A stretch of 64,000 nt of DNA, taken from positions 140,998 through 204,997 of the forward strand of contig JAUZNX010000006.1 of the NCBI GenBank assembly GCA_030706745.1, given 5' to 3'. Made by a program: the position numbers and the translations under genes. A model generated the notes under the pieces. It was not told the DNA's origin and did no database searches. It saw nothing but the letters and a program-made list of their open reading frames with translations. Numbering within the stretch: the stretch's first letter is position 1; each line of letters starts with the position of its first letter. Below, piece after piece: positions 50,141-60,517 of this stretch. This DNA is from Bacteroidota bacterium (lineage in GTDB: Bacteria > Bacteroidota > Ignavibacteria > Palsa-1295).

Positions 50141-51389
50141 CGTTGTCGATGACACCGTTCGTCACGTCCATCTTCTTTCCGCCGGTCTGCATATGAGTTG
50201 TAACGTAGAACGTCCCGGAAACGCGGCGGGTCACAGTATCGAATGCAGTAATCGTGACGGAGCCAGGTCCGCCACTCATGGTCGAGTAAAAATCAAGACC
50301 TGCGCTGTACTCAAAGTAGGCTGTGCCTGGCCGAGGAGGCCAGGCGACTGGGAACGTGCCGACTCGCGGGGAGGTGATCCAAATTCTAAGAACTTGCCGC
50401 GACGAATCATTTTGAACGCTCTCAAGCTGGAGTCGATCGACAGGAGGGATGTACTCTGATATGAAAAAGTTTTTGGGACCATCCTGCTGAATGGTTAGAG
50501 GACCGGCGTTCGCGGTATATAGTCCCTGACCAAACAATCCGACGTTAAAACAGACATTGGTGAATGACCCCTTGACCGTATCGAACACGCTAAGACCGCC
50601 CGCATCCTGGAGCACCATCGAATACGTGCCAGAAATTGTATTATGCACCGTATCGAATGAAGTTATCGTAAACGAGCCGCCCGGCAGCGAAAAAAATTCT
50701 TTAGAGTCCTTCATAAGTTGAGCGTATGCACCATTATCGTCGCCATACGTCGTCAGCGTATAGGTCGATGGCATGAGGTTGTTCAACCGGACCCAAAAGG
50801 CCAAGTGGACATCTCCGGTGAGGTTATACTGCGTGCGCGAATAATCGAGGCCGAGTTGCATCCGGTCTCCGGGACTGCCATTGAAGAGGAAATGGGAAAA
50901 GGTGGCTGTAGCGGTACAAAACATCGGGACCGTACCCCGATCGAAGGCTTCGCCATTGACCGTGATATTAAATGCGCCGAGCCCACCTGACAGTGGCGAT
51001 ACGGTGTCCACGATCGTGATAATGCTCGTGGCAGAATCCCGCCTGCTGCCGGTTGAATCGATATAGACCGCGCGCAGCGTATGCTTCCCCACTGTGGTGA
51101 ACGTATAGGAGACGGAATCGGTGTTGGTGCGGACAACTTGCGCCAAATCGAAGCTCCATGCAATCGAATAGCGCTTCGGCAGCGATGGACTTGACGAGAG
51201 GGTAAAGTGTGCGAGCGTGCGGATTGTCGCCGTTGATGAATCGGGCAAGATCTTGAGAGCGCGTCGCGTAGTATCGGCCTTCGATGCACCACCAGACCCT
51301 CCCGGTGCGGATGGGTTGGATGAACAGGCCATCATGCCTCCCAAGGACATGACCAAGAGGATGCGTAATGGATTAAGACGAAACAACAT
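50121..51389 (-). CDS. Lipoprotein, hypothetical, paralog A (repeated ...ITxFDTVxxxxSGTF... modules)
   Basis: Lipobox MMACSS. FTITSFDTVHNTISGTY and VTITAFDTVTRRVSGTF modules. Confidence 0.55.
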   Translation of the reverse strand: MLFRLNPLRILLVMSLGGMMACSSNPSAPGGSGGASKADTTRRALKILPDSSTATIRTLAHFTLSSSPSLPKRYSIAWSFDLAQVVRTNTDSVSYTFTTVGKHTLRAVYIDSTGSRRDSATSIITIVDTVSPLSGGLGAFNITVNGEAFDRGTVPMFCTATATFSHFLFNGSPGDRMQLGLDYSRTQYNLTGDVHLAFWVRLNNLMPSTYTLTTYGDDNGAYAQLMKDSKEFFSLPGGSFTITSFDTVHNTISGTYSMVLQDAGGLSVFDTVKGSFTNVCFNVGLFGQGLYTANAGPLTIQQDGPKNFFISEYIPPVDRLQLESVQNDSSRQVLRIWITSPRVGTFPVAWPPRPGTAYFEYSAGLDFYSTMSGGPGSVTITAFDTVTRRVSGTFYVTTHMQTGGKKMDVTNGVIDNVMWGRD

Positions 51390-51475
51390 GGTGCAAATAT
51401 ACTGCGATTTTACATTCAATGCATCCAAATGTGTGTTCTTATCTATTATATGAGCATCCGCAAAGAAACCGAAAT

Positions 51476-52018
51476 ATGAGACTCTACGAGAAGCAGGAAT
51501 TCGAAGACATACGCGGCAACGAATTTGAAGGCGCGACCTTCAGGCAATGCGAACTCATCGGCACCGATGCCCGCGATGCGAAATTCATCGGCTGCACATT
51601 CGAAGGTTCTACATTGAGTTCTGTGAAAGTTGATGGCGCCGTTATTCAGGCACACTTCGTCAATTCGAAGATCGAGGGCATCAATTTCTTCACAGCCAAG
51701 CGGGAGTTGCTTTTGCTCTCATTTACAAACTGTCTGATTCGATATTCTTCGTTCGCAGAGCTTAAACTCAAGAAGATCAAGATCAACGGCTGTACGCTAC
51801 AATTCGTCGATTTTGCGGACGCCGATTTGACAGAAGCGAACTTTGAGAATTCAAGCTTCGAAGACTGCACGTTTCGAAATACCAACCTCACGAAGGCCGA
51901 CTTCCGCACGGCACGCGGCTATTCCGTCGATCCGCGCATTAACACGATCAAGGGTGCCCACTTCGATCTGCCCGAAGTGCTGGGATTGCTCGATGCATTC
52001 GATATTGAAATCGGCTAA
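51476..52018 (+). CDS. Pentapeptide-repeat protein (Qnr/MfpA-like fold)
   Basis: Runs of A(D/N)LxxA/F pentapeptides: FEGATFRQCELIGTDARDAKFIGCTFEGSTL... ADFRTARGYS. Confidence 0.75.
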   Translation: MRLYEKQEFEDIRGNEFEGATFRQCELIGTDARDAKFIGCTFEGSTLSSVKVDGAVIQAHFVNSKIEGINFFTAKRELLLLSFTNCLIRYSSFAELKLKKIKINGCTLQFVDFADADLTEANFENSSFEDCTFRNTNLTKADFRTARGYSVDPRINTIKGAHFDLPEVLGLLDAFDIEIG

Positions 52019-52025
52019 GACGTCA

Positions 52026-53006
52026 TTAGGGGATGAACCACTGAAGGTTATTGATACTGCCGTTTGTCGTTGAAACAGTACGGCCGGTACGGGTATCCGT
52101 CCCGGAGAACGAGAAGGTCGCGGAAATCCGGCGAGTCACGGTATCGAATGATGTGATGTTGAGTGTCCCCATATTTCCTCGCACTTGCAGCATGACCGAT
52201 GCCTGCTGATCGAACTCGACGTTCGCCGTGCCGGCGGTTGTTCCTTGTGCGAATGGAAACAAACCAACCTTGGGGTCCTTAACTTGCATCTGTAGGGTTC
52301 GGTAGACCGGAGGATTACCCTCGACAGCATCCAGCGAGAGTCCGTTCGTCTCGGTCATTGAGATGGATATTTGATCGGGATGATAGCCCTGCGCATCAAC
52401 AATGGCGGAAATACTTCCTTGCCCGAATGTCCCATTACTGATCCCGACATCGTTAAAAGCACCGATAATGGTATCGATTTCCGATGGATTGAAGTTCGGC
52501 GAAGCCGTGAAGCGGAATGTCCCCGAGACCAGATTCATCACGGTATCGAACTTGGTGATCGTGAATGTCCCATCCGCGCGTGAGTTGTAGTCCTGCATTG
52601 CCGAGTCGATTGTGATCGACACTCCGTCCGGGCTGTTCCTTGGCATCACCGGATATGATTTCACGACCGCCCCGGAAATCGGGATATCAATGTTCGTTGT
52701 CACAGTTGTGGCATAGAGCGATGCGGGAGTATATTGAAGCTGAATGAACAATGAATTCCCTCCCGGCTGACCCGATATGCTCGTGTTGGAATATGTAGCG
52801 ATTGCACCGTACGTCGCCGCAGAGTTGGTCCGGTAGATCGTATCATGTCCGACAATCACCCGAAAGGCTGCCGGACCCGACAGCTGATTGTTCTTTGTCG
52901 AATCCGGACTATTGTTTGTCGAACTGCCAGACGGAGAGTTGCTATTGCTGCAACCCATGACGGCAACACAAAGAACGAGAAGATTAAACCGAAACTGTGC
53001 GATCAT
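52026..53006 (-). CDS. Lipoprotein, hypothetical, paralog B of 50121–51389
   Basis: Lipobox VMGCSNS. FTITKFDTVMNLVSGTF and LNITSFDTVTRRISATF modules. Confidence 0.55.
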   Translation of the reverse strand: MIAQFRFNLLVLCVAVMGCSNSNSPSGSSTNNSPDSTKNNQLSGPAAFRVIVGHDTIYRTNSAATYGAIATYSNTSISGQPGGNSLFIQLQYTPASLYATTVTTNIDIPISGAVVKSYPVMPRNSPDGVSITIDSAMQDYNSRADGTFTITKFDTVMNLVSGTFRFTASPNFNPSEIDTIIGAFNDVGISNGTFGQGSISAIVDAQGYHPDQISISMTETNGLSLDAVEGNPPVYRTLQMQVKDPKVGLFPFAQGTTAGTANVEFDQQASVMLQVRGNMGTLNITSFDTVTRRISATFSFSGTDTRTGRTVSTTNGSINNLQWFIP

Positions 53007-53064
53007 GATCTGTTGAAACGTTGCGAAGTTAGGTCCGCAAATATACAACATCTCACCACATAAC

Positions 53065-54720
53065 CTAATGTTCTGCTCTGATTACTCGTGACTGAGCGAT
53101 CGCATCTTCCAGCGTCGCATGGATATTCTCCTCGCCAATGAGTTCGAGTAGTCCCGCTCGTTGGGACGCAACGAGTGGTTGGGCATGAAGTTCTGTAATG
53201 AGCAATGTGGAATGGTGCACCATCGCGCGATGATGAAGATCTCTCAACACTTTAAGGCCGCTCGCATCGACAGCCAGAACATCCGCCATACGAAGGACGA
53301 GCACGCGAGGGAAGGCATGTAGCGAGTTGATCGTCTCGGCGAATTGCTCAGCCGCACCGAAAAATAGCGCGCCGCTCACATCGAAGATCATCACGCCATC
53401 TGGCAGAGGCAATTTCGCTGGTCGAATTGCATCCGTTTCGCTTTGCGGCTCTTCGATCTCGCTCGTAAATGGCCGAACGTTCGTGACCTGCGCCATGCGG
53501 TGCATAAACAAAAACGCCGCGAGCACCATCCCAACTTCCACGGCGACCGTGAGATCGACAAGCACCGTAAGAAAAAAAGTCGCCAGCAGTACGGCAAGAT
53601 CGCTCTTCGGTGCGCGGAACACCTCGACGAATGCGTGCCACTCGCTCATGTTGTATGCCACGACGACGAGAATCGCCGCGAGCACGGCCAACGGTATTGT
53701 CGAAGCCAGTTGCCCAAGCAACAGCATGATGAGTAGCAATGTGATCGCGTGGATGATCCCGGCGATCGGCGTGCGACCACCCGAACGAACGTTGGTTGCG
53801 GTCCGCGCGATGGCGCCCGTTGCCGGTATTCCTCCGAAGGCGGCGGACCCTATGTTCGCGATGCCCTGAGCAATCAATTCCATGTTCGACCGGTGTTTCG
53901 AACCGATCATGCCATCGGCTACCACAGCCGAAAGCAACGACTCGACGGCAGCGAGGATCGCGACGGTGAAGATGGACGGAGTCAGCTCCCGAATCGCAGC
54001 CAATGTCACGTGCGGCATGTGCGGGTGCGGCAGCATAGTTGGGATGGCTCCGAACCGCGAGCCGATCGTCTCGATCGGGATGTGAAACAGCGATACAACT
54101 CCGGTCGAAATCACCAGAGCAACGAACGGCGACGGGATCGTCTTGTTGATGCGCGGCCACAACACAATAATCAGCAGCGTCAGGAGCGCAATCCCGACCG
54201 CATAGAAGTTCACGGAGCCGAAGCTGGAAAGATAAAGTGCCCACTTCGCCAGAAAGTGTGCTGGCGGATTGTCGAATCGGACGCCAAGAAAATCCGGAAT
54301 CTCCGACGTGAAAATGATCACCGCGATACCGCTCGTGAACCCGATTATGACGGGCGCGGGGATAAACTTGATCGCGGTTCCGAGTTTTGCCAGACCAAAG
54401 ATAACCAGAACGATCCCGGCAAGAAACGTTGTGATTATGAGACCATCGATGCCATACTTCTGGACAATGCCATAGACGATGATGACGAACGCGCCAGTCG
54501 GCCCGCCAATTTGGACACGGCTCCCACCGAGCGCGGAGATAATGAACCCCGCCACGACGGCGGTAATGAGCCCCTTATCGGGAGTCACTCCACTCGCGAT
54601 AGCGAACGCAATCGCAAGAGGAAGGGCAACGACGCCAACGATTACTCCGGCGCCCAGATCGCGGCCGAAGGCCTTACGGTCGTAGCCGGAAAGAGTGGTA
54701 AAAAGTTTTGGTACGAACAC
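53065..54720 (-). CDS. SulP family inorganic anion transporter with C-terminal STAS domain
   Basis: Sulfate transporter core plus STAS (…VLVLRMADVLAVDASGLKVL…). Confidence 0.9.
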   Translation of the reverse strand: MFVPKLFTTLSGYDRKAFGRDLGAGVIVGVVALPLAIAFAIASGVTPDKGLITAVVAGFIISALGGSRVQIGGPTGAFVIIVYGIVQKYGIDGLIITTFLAGIVLVIFGLAKLGTAIKFIPAPVIIGFTSGIAVIIFTSEIPDFLGVRFDNPPAHFLAKWALYLSSFGSVNFYAVGIALLTLLIIVLWPRINKTIPSPFVALVISTGVVSLFHIPIETIGSRFGAIPTMLPHPHMPHVTLAAIRELTPSIFTVAILAAVESLLSAVVADGMIGSKHRSNMELIAQGIANIGSAAFGGIPATGAIARTATNVRSGGRTPIAGIIHAITLLLIMLLLGQLASTIPLAVLAAILVVVAYNMSEWHAFVEVFRAPKSDLAVLLATFFLTVLVDLTVAVEVGMVLAAFLFMHRMAQVTNVRPFTSEIEEPQSETDAIRPAKLPLPDGVMIFDVSGALFFGAAEQFAETINSLHAFPRVLVLRMADVLAVDASGLKVLRDLHHRAMVHHSTLLITELHAQPLVASQRAGLLELIGEENIHATLEDAIAQSRVIRAEH

Positions 54721-54898
54721 TGCGGGAGGATTTCGACATTAATTGGTTCGGCGCACCGTAAACTCAAAATAGTTGTTTGCAATTCCGAATCGAGAATTGT
54801 TTTCCACTGAATTCTTGATTCCAGGGAAATTATTCCATGATTCCGTTGGATGTTTCGATGTATGTATCTCTACCAGCATTAAGTATGGCGAACTCGCG

Positions 54899-55639
54899 AT
54901 GAAACTGCTTCTTTCTGTTCCCATCGTTCTTCTGCTCGCATTCTCTTTCACGGGATGCTCCGATCCGGTAACGCCGACCACCATCCGTGATACGACGTAC
55001 ATTTCTGTTCCGACCGGCCCGGCGCTTGTGCGATTCGTTTCTATGTATCCGGATGGAAGGAGTGCTTTCGTTCTCAAGCTTACATCGAACCCCGACGATC
55101 CTGGTTTTGTGAGTACTGGTTCTGGCACACAGCCCTATTACCTGCCACTGGTTCCGGATTCGGATGCTCGTTACTACGTATTCTTCAATAGCCAACTCGT
55201 TGATAGTATTGTGCTCTCGGGGAAACAACTGCCCGATGCCAGTATCAATACTTTTGCACTTTCCTGGCGCATATCCTCGAACGGAAATCCCAGCATTAAT
55301 ACCAACGGTGGCGTCAACAACGATTCACTCAAATGGAAACCGATTCCAAGAGGCTATGCACGTATCCGGTTCATCAATGGCGTTGACTATTTGAGTTCGA
55401 TGAGTCTCGCACTCGACAATGTTTCAAATCCATTGGATACGATCCCGTTTAGCGAATTAAGTGGATACGCCGATGTACCGGCTGGCAAGCATCAGTTACT
55501 TGTCATTCCCACCGGCTTTACGCAAGTCCTTTCTTCTTACAACGAAATCCTTGATTCCGGTGGTTATTACACGGCTCGGTATGTGGGCATCCATGGAGAT
55601 GCGACCAATCCAGATCATTTAGTTGTGGACGCCGAGTAA
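54899..55639 (+). CDS. Lipoprotein, hypothetical
   Basis: MKLLLSVPIVLLLAFSFTGCSD lipobox. ATG 54899 confirmed. Confidence 0.5.
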   Translation: MKLLLSVPIVLLLAFSFTGCSDPVTPTTIRDTTYISVPTGPALVRFVSMYPDGRSAFVLKLTSNPDDPGFVSTGSGTQPYYLPLVPDSDARYYVFFNSQLVDSIVLSGKQLPDASINTFALSWRISSNGNPSINTNGGVNNDSLKWKPIPRGYARIRFINGVDYLSSMSLALDNVSNPLDTIPFSELSGYADVPAGKHQLLVIPTGFTQVLSSYNEILDSGGYYTARYVGIHGDATNPDHLVVDAE

Positions 55640-55641
55640 CC

Positions 55642-56913
55642 GTGAAATACTCCCGGTTTATCGCTGCTCGATATCTGACCGCAGAGCGGAGACATGGCCA
55701 GAGTGCGAGCAACAAGTCGGAAGACCGGGCCGAGCACCGATTTGTCTCGACGATTGTGCTCATCGCGGCCGCTGGTGTCGCACTCGGAGTAGCTGCACTC
55801 GTCGTCACACTTTCGATTCTCTCCGGATTTGAAAAGACCTTGACGAATAATGTGCTCGGCTTTACATCCGATGTCGAGATCAGCTCATACGGGAATCGAC
55901 CGTTACCCGATTTTCCCGGCACGACCCGTTTTCTTACGCAACGGGTGCCTGAGATTCGATCGATGGTGCCCTTCGTCGAACGCGAAGCGATCTTGCGTTC
56001 ACCGCATGGTGTGGCCGGTATTATTTTGCGTGGGCTTCCGCTTTCCGATACAGCGGCTCTTGTGCGACATCGCATTGTCCGAGGACATGACTTCGCCTCC
56101 ACAACTCCCGATTCCCTTCCGCCAATCCTGATCAGCATCGGCCTTGCGAGCGACCTCCATATCGATACCGGCAAGACACTTGCGGCCATCCGGATGAATG
56201 AACGGCTCCGTTCGCGGGAAGATATTCTTGCCAATCTCCGAAAATTTCGTGTCGTTGGTATTTACTCGACCGGCATGACGCAATATGATAATTCTGTGGC
56301 CTTCACAACTCTTCCGGCCGCGCAGGCTTTCAATGGTCTGAGCATGACGCAGGTGACCGGATATGATATTCGCACTGCATCCATCGCGGATGCGAATCCT
56401 GTCACACGGAAGATCAACCGGGTACTCCGATATCCCTACTTCGCGCGGAGCGTGTATGATGTTTATCCAACCATTTTCGCGTGGATCGATCTGCAAAAGA
56501 AGCCGATCCCGATTATTCTCGGGCTTATCATCTTAGTGGCAACATTCAATGTGGTTTCCACACTTTTACTCATTGTGATCGAAAAGACACACTCGATCGG
56601 AGTACTGAAAACTCTTGGGGCCACGATGGGCGGAATTGCTCGCATCTTCGTCACGGAGGGAATGACGATCGCTATCTTCGGGACGCTCATCGGCGACCTG
56701 ATCGCGTTTGTTCTCTGTACGCTCGAAGCACATTATCACTTCTTCAAGCTTCGCGCCGAGATTTACTTCATGTCGTCCGTTCCAGTCTCGATCGAGTGGC
56801 AGCACTATGCGATCGTATCTGGGATCGCTCTCGCGCTGGCGCTGGCGGCCTGCCTGATACCATCAAGAATTGCCGCTCGGATGCAGCCGCTCGACGCCCT
56901 CCGGTTTGCATGA
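55642..56913 (+). CDS. FtsX-like ABC transporter permease, LolC/E family
   Basis: N-terminal TM, MacB-like periplasmic domain, C-terminal 3-TM FtsX domain. FIAARYL start typical of LolC/E. Confidence 0.75.
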   Translation: MKYSRFIAARYLTAERRHGQSASNKSEDRAEHRFVSTIVLIAAAGVALGVAALVVTLSILSGFEKTLTNNVLGFTSDVEISSYGNRPLPDFPGTTRFLTQRVPEIRSMVPFVEREAILRSPHGVAGIILRGLPLSDTAALVRHRIVRGHDFASTTPDSLPPILISIGLASDLHIDTGKTLAAIRMNERLRSREDILANLRKFRVVGIYSTGMTQYDNSVAFTTLPAAQAFNGLSMTQVTGYDIRTASIADANPVTRKINRVLRYPYFARSVYDVYPTIFAWIDLQKKPIPIILGLIILVATFNVVSTLLLIVIEKTHSIGVLKTLGATMGGIARIFVTEGMTIAIFGTLIGDLIAFVLCTLEAHYHFFKLRAEIYFMSSVPVSIEWQHYAIVSGIALALALAACLIPSRIAARMQPLDALRFA

Positions 56914-57311
56914 TACCCATTTCTGTTGCCGTCGGTCTCCTCCTAAGGGATGGCTGTGTCCTCATGGGCGAACGTCGTCCCGACAAAATTTACGGATTGC
57001 ATTGGGAATTCCCTGGAGGAAAACTCGAAGTCGGAGAGACCGCGCTGGACGCACTTCGAAGAGAACTCTCGGAAGAACTGGCGATTCATATCACCGATGC
57101 GCAGGAATGGCTGCGGGAGACTGCCACTTATTCGAATGGCTTGACCTACGACATTCATTATTACCTGGTCCGGGGATGGACCGGAACGATGGAAAATTGC
57201 GAGTTCAATAAAATCCAATGGGTGTCAAATGAGGCGCTTCCTACGTTGTTGCACTTGAGTGGCAACAAGAACATCCTCGACCGCCTCACGCACGAAGGCA
57301 TTCCGGCGTAG
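56910..57311 (+). CDS. mutT: NUDIX hydrolase, MutT-like (8-oxo-dGTP diphosphatase)
   Basis: Nudix box GGKLEVGETALDALRRELSEELA. ATGA overlap with the upstream stop. Confidence 0.75.
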   Translation: MIPISVAVGLLLRDGCVLMGERRPDKIYGLHWEFPGGKLEVGETALDALRRELSEELAIHITDAQEWLRETATYSNGLTYDIHYYLVRGWTGTMENCEFNKIQWVSNEALPTLLHLSGNKNILDRLTHEGIPA

Positions 57312-58191
57312 CATCGTACCTCGATTACTTGCCTGGCATTCTGCGAACAAACGCAGCTTTATCTGGCGCGGAGTGAAGCGATCGCCATACATCGTGCTCG
57401 TGAGTGAATTCATGCTCCAGCAAACGGGCACAACACACGTTGATCGCAGATTGCCAATCTTCCTCAAGCAGTTTCCGTCCGTGAAGTCGCTCGCGAATGC
57501 GACACCAGCCCAAGTATTGCGAGCATGGCAAGGGCTCGGCTATAACCGTCGTGCACTCTATTTGCATCGCGCCGCGAAGGCATTGGCTGCGCTACGCACG
57601 TTTCCTAAATCGCTTGAAGCGTTACAGAAGCTACCCGGCGTTGGACAATATACAGCCAGTGCTGTCCTGGCATTTGCGTACAATGCGGATATGCCTGTCA
57701 TCGATGTGAATGTCGAACGAGTGCTCTCTCGGCTCTGGAAGAAGATGCCGAACAACCGGACGACCTTGCCAAAGAAAGATCTGTACGAATTTGATGCGTC
57801 GGTCTTGCCAAAGGGTCAGTCCTCCGCGTGGCACGAGGCACTGATGGATTTGGGTGCTACCATCTGTACAAAGAATGCACCAAAGTGCCTGGAGTGTCCG
57901 CTCCGTCGCTCCTGCCCATCGGTTACGATGGAGCATTCGTCTCAGAAGTCCGCTCGTTCCGAGCCACATTATTTTGGAGAACCGAGACGCATATGGCGAG
58001 GCCGCGTGCTGCGGACTATTGCGAACGCGGATGGGGTTGCGACGCGCACTCTTACATCAACCATGGAGAAGCGATTCGAGATTGAAGGCGCTGGTTTCGC
58101 CCCCTTTATCAAACAACTGGTCAAGACGCTCGTCGCTGAACAATTCATTCACGAAAGCGCTGATGGCACGCTCATACTTGCAAATGAATAA
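57259..58191 (+). CDS. mutY: A/G-specific adenine DNA glycosylase (MutY/endonuclease III HhH-GPD family; no C-terminal MutT-like domain evident)
   Basis: LLAWH...YIVLVSEFMLQQT...GLGYNRRA...LPGVGQYTA and 4Fe-4S cluster CTKNAPKCLECPLRRSC. Confidence 0.75.
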   Translation: MATRTSSTASRTKAFRRSIVPRLLAWHSANKRSFIWRGVKRSPYIVLVSEFMLQQTGTTHVDRRLPIFLKQFPSVKSLANATPAQVLRAWQGLGYNRRALYLHRAAKALAALRTFPKSLEALQKLPGVGQYTASAVLAFAYNADMPVIDVNVERVLSRLWKKMPNNRTTLPKKDLYEFDASVLPKGQSSAWHEALMDLGATICTKNAPKCLECPLRRSCPSVTMEHSSQKSARSEPHYFGEPRRIWRGRVLRTIANADGVATRTLTSTMEKRFEIEGAGFAPFIKQLVKTLVAEQFIHESADGTLILANE

Positions 58192-58813
58192 ACTGCCAGA
58201 GCCATGGCGCTCAGTCTACACCGAACGACAATCGGCTATTCTGCAACGTCTACTGGACTTCTCGGATGTTCCCCCCGATCAGTATTTTTACGAACTTGCC
58301 TTTTGTATTCTTACACCACAATCGAGTGCAGCAAATGCCGAGGCAACAATAGCCGAACTTGTCCGGGATCACTTTCTTGAACGTGGGTTCGATCCGATGA
58401 GCTATTTGCGAGATGCGAAGCATTATATCCGCTTTCATAATGTGAAAGCGAAGCGCTTGCTCGAGATTCGCGAGCGCTTTCCAGATTTGCTGCCCTACTT
58501 GCTCGATCAAACCGCAACGCCTGAGGCAAAGCGTGAGATCGTCTTAGCCAGCGTGAAGGGACTCGGCATGAAGGAAGCCTCGCATTTTCTCCGCAACATC
58601 GGCGTACGCGGACTCGCCATTCTCGACCGGCATATCTTCAAGCATCTGACCCGACTTGGTGTAATCAATGAGATTCCGATGAGCGGCCCGACGAAGAAAC
58701 GCTATCTGGAGATCGAAAGGCTATGGCACGAGTATGCGAAACGCATCGACATCTCGCTCGATGAGTTGGACCTGCTGTTTTGGAGCATGGAAACGGGCGA
58801 GATCAGAAAATAA
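58184..58813 (+). CDS. ogg: 8-oxoguanine DNA glycosylase/AP lyase, Ogg2 (archaeal-type) family
   Basis: HhH-GPD motif VKGLGMKEASHFLRNIG...ILDRHI. 208 aa from ATG 58184, which overlaps the mutY stop. Confidence 0.7.
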   Translation: MNKLPEPWRSVYTERQSAILQRLLDFSDVPPDQYFYELAFCILTPQSSAANAEATIAELVRDHFLERGFDPMSYLRDAKHYIRFHNVKAKRLLEIRERFPDLLPYLLDQTATPEAKREIVLASVKGLGMKEASHFLRNIGVRGLAILDRHIFKHLTRLGVINEIPMSGPTKKRYLEIERLWHEYAKRIDISLDELDLLFWSMETGEIRK

Positions 58814-58858
58814 CTCGGGTCAGAGAATGACCTGCAATCGGAATCGGTTAGCCTCGGA

Positions 58859-59386
58859 ATGGCTATACTGACCACGTCTCCACGACTCACGCTTCGCTCG
58901 CTCGAGCGCGAAGACATCCCACATTCGGTGGATATGTGGTGCGATGCGGAAACGATGCGATATATGGGTGGCCCACGAGAGAGAACAAAACTGCTGGCCT
59001 ATATTGATGATCTTCTCACGCATGAAGACGCAACTGACATTCACACCCCGAACCAATTCTGGACAGCGATCCAAACTCATACAAACGAATACATCGGAGA
59101 TTTTGGGTTGATTCAAAAAGAAGTAGATGGGGCTGTGGAAACGGAGTTGGTCTACTTGGTTGCGAAGCACCATTGGGGTAACGGCTACGCGACTGAAGGC
59201 GCTCGAGCATTGGCAGACTATGCGTTTGCCGTTGCAGGACTCTCGCGACTTGTCTCGCTTGTCGATCCCGAGCATATCGCCTCTCAACGCGTCGCCGAAA
59301 AAGTTGGCATGACCTTCGAACGTGAGACAGTACGCTCTAATGGTCGCACCATGCGAATCTATAGCATATTGAACGAATCGGTATAG
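58859..59386 (+). CDS. GNAT family N-acetyltransferase (RimJ/RimL-like)
   Basis: LRSLEREDIP...HWGNGYATE motifs. Confidence 0.75.
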   Translation: MAILTTSPRLTLRSLEREDIPHSVDMWCDAETMRYMGGPRERTKLLAYIDDLLTHEDATDIHTPNQFWTAIQTHTNEYIGDFGLIQKEVDGAVETELVYLVAKHHWGNGYATEGARALADYAFAVAGLSRLVSLVDPEHIASQRVAEKVGMTFERETVRSNGRTMRIYSILNESV

Positions 59387-59403
59387 AGCGGAACCGGTCT
59401 GAC

Positions 59404-60414
59404 TTACCTTTGAAAGGGAGTAACACGGTCTGAGAAATCCGGCCGGTAGTAGTCCTGACTCTCGAACTCCTGCGCCCAGCCATTTTCGATTCCGAACTCA
59501 TCCAGCATGTCGAGCACTTTGTCATATTCGCGCTCGCGAATGCGGCGATTGAGCAACAGGAGCGATTCAAATTTCTCGGCGTTCTCGTCGGACACCTTGT
59601 TCGTCGGATAGTACTGCGACATCACCGAAAGAGTCACGCCGGGAGACAACTCACTCGATATGAACTCAAACGATTCACGCGTCCCGGCAAGGTCGTTTGG
59701 TAAGACAAGATGGCGAATAATCAATCCGCGCTCGACCAATCCATCATCTCCCATCACCAGCGTACTGCCCATTTGCCGATACATCTCCCGCAACGCCGCC
59801 CGTGAATGCTTCGCATATTCCTTCACGCCGGAGTATGTATACCCCATCTCGTCCTCGGAGTACTTCAGATCCGGCAGATAAACGTCGACGATTCCATCGA
59901 GTATACGGAGCACCTCGACGGAATCATAGCAGTTGGTATTGTAAATGATTGGCAGATGGAGTCCAAGCTTACATGCTTCAAAAATCCCTTCGACCATTTG
60001 CGGCACAAAATGAGTCGGCGAGACAAAGCCGATGGCATGACAATGATGCACGTCCTGCAACTCGATCATCATCTCGGCAAGCCGCTGAACCGTCACTTCG
60101 TTTTTGCGCTCTTCTTTCCAGCGTTGGCTGATCTCATAGTTCTGGCAATAGGAGCATTTGAGATTACAATTCCCGAAAAAGATATTGCCGACTCCGCGCG
60201 TACCGACCAGCGCCGGCTCTTCGCCAAAGTGCGGACAATAGGATGAGACGATCGGCAGGCGCGCCGAGTAGCATCGTGAGATCTCACCTTCGAGCCGGTT
60301 GACATGACAATCAAGCGGACAGATATTGCACGATTCGAGCATACCAACAAGCTGCTCCGCCCGGCGGGCAAGCTCGCCAGATTCGAACAGTCTGCGATAC
60401 GGAGCGATATACAT
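59404..60414 (-). CDS. Radical SAM protein (PflX-like pyruvate formate-lyase activating enzyme family)
   Basis: CNLKCSYCQN CxxxCxxC cluster motif. Confidence 0.8.
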   Translation of the reverse strand: MYIAPYRRLFESGELARRAEQLVGMLESCNICPLDCHVNRLEGEISRCYSARLPIVSSYCPHFGEEPALVGTRGVGNIFFGNCNLKCSYCQNYEISQRWKEERKNEVTVQRLAEMMIELQDVHHCHAIGFVSPTHFVPQMVEGIFEACKLGLHLPIIYNTNCYDSVEVLRILDGIVDVYLPDLKYSEDEMGYTYSGVKEYAKHSRAALREMYRQMGSTLVMGDDGLVERGLIIRHLVLPNDLAGTRESFEFISSELSPGVTLSVMSQYYPTNKVSDENAEKFESLLLLNRRIREREYDKVLDMLDEFGIENGWAQEFESQDYYRPDFSDRVTPFQR

Positions 60415-60517
60415 GACGACAGAGCCTATAGGTCATTCGAAACCGGAATGTTCCTCAGACTCGTTACTCGTTGCTCAGATGAGATCATCGATGATCTCAT
60501 CTTTACTCGTTACTGGA

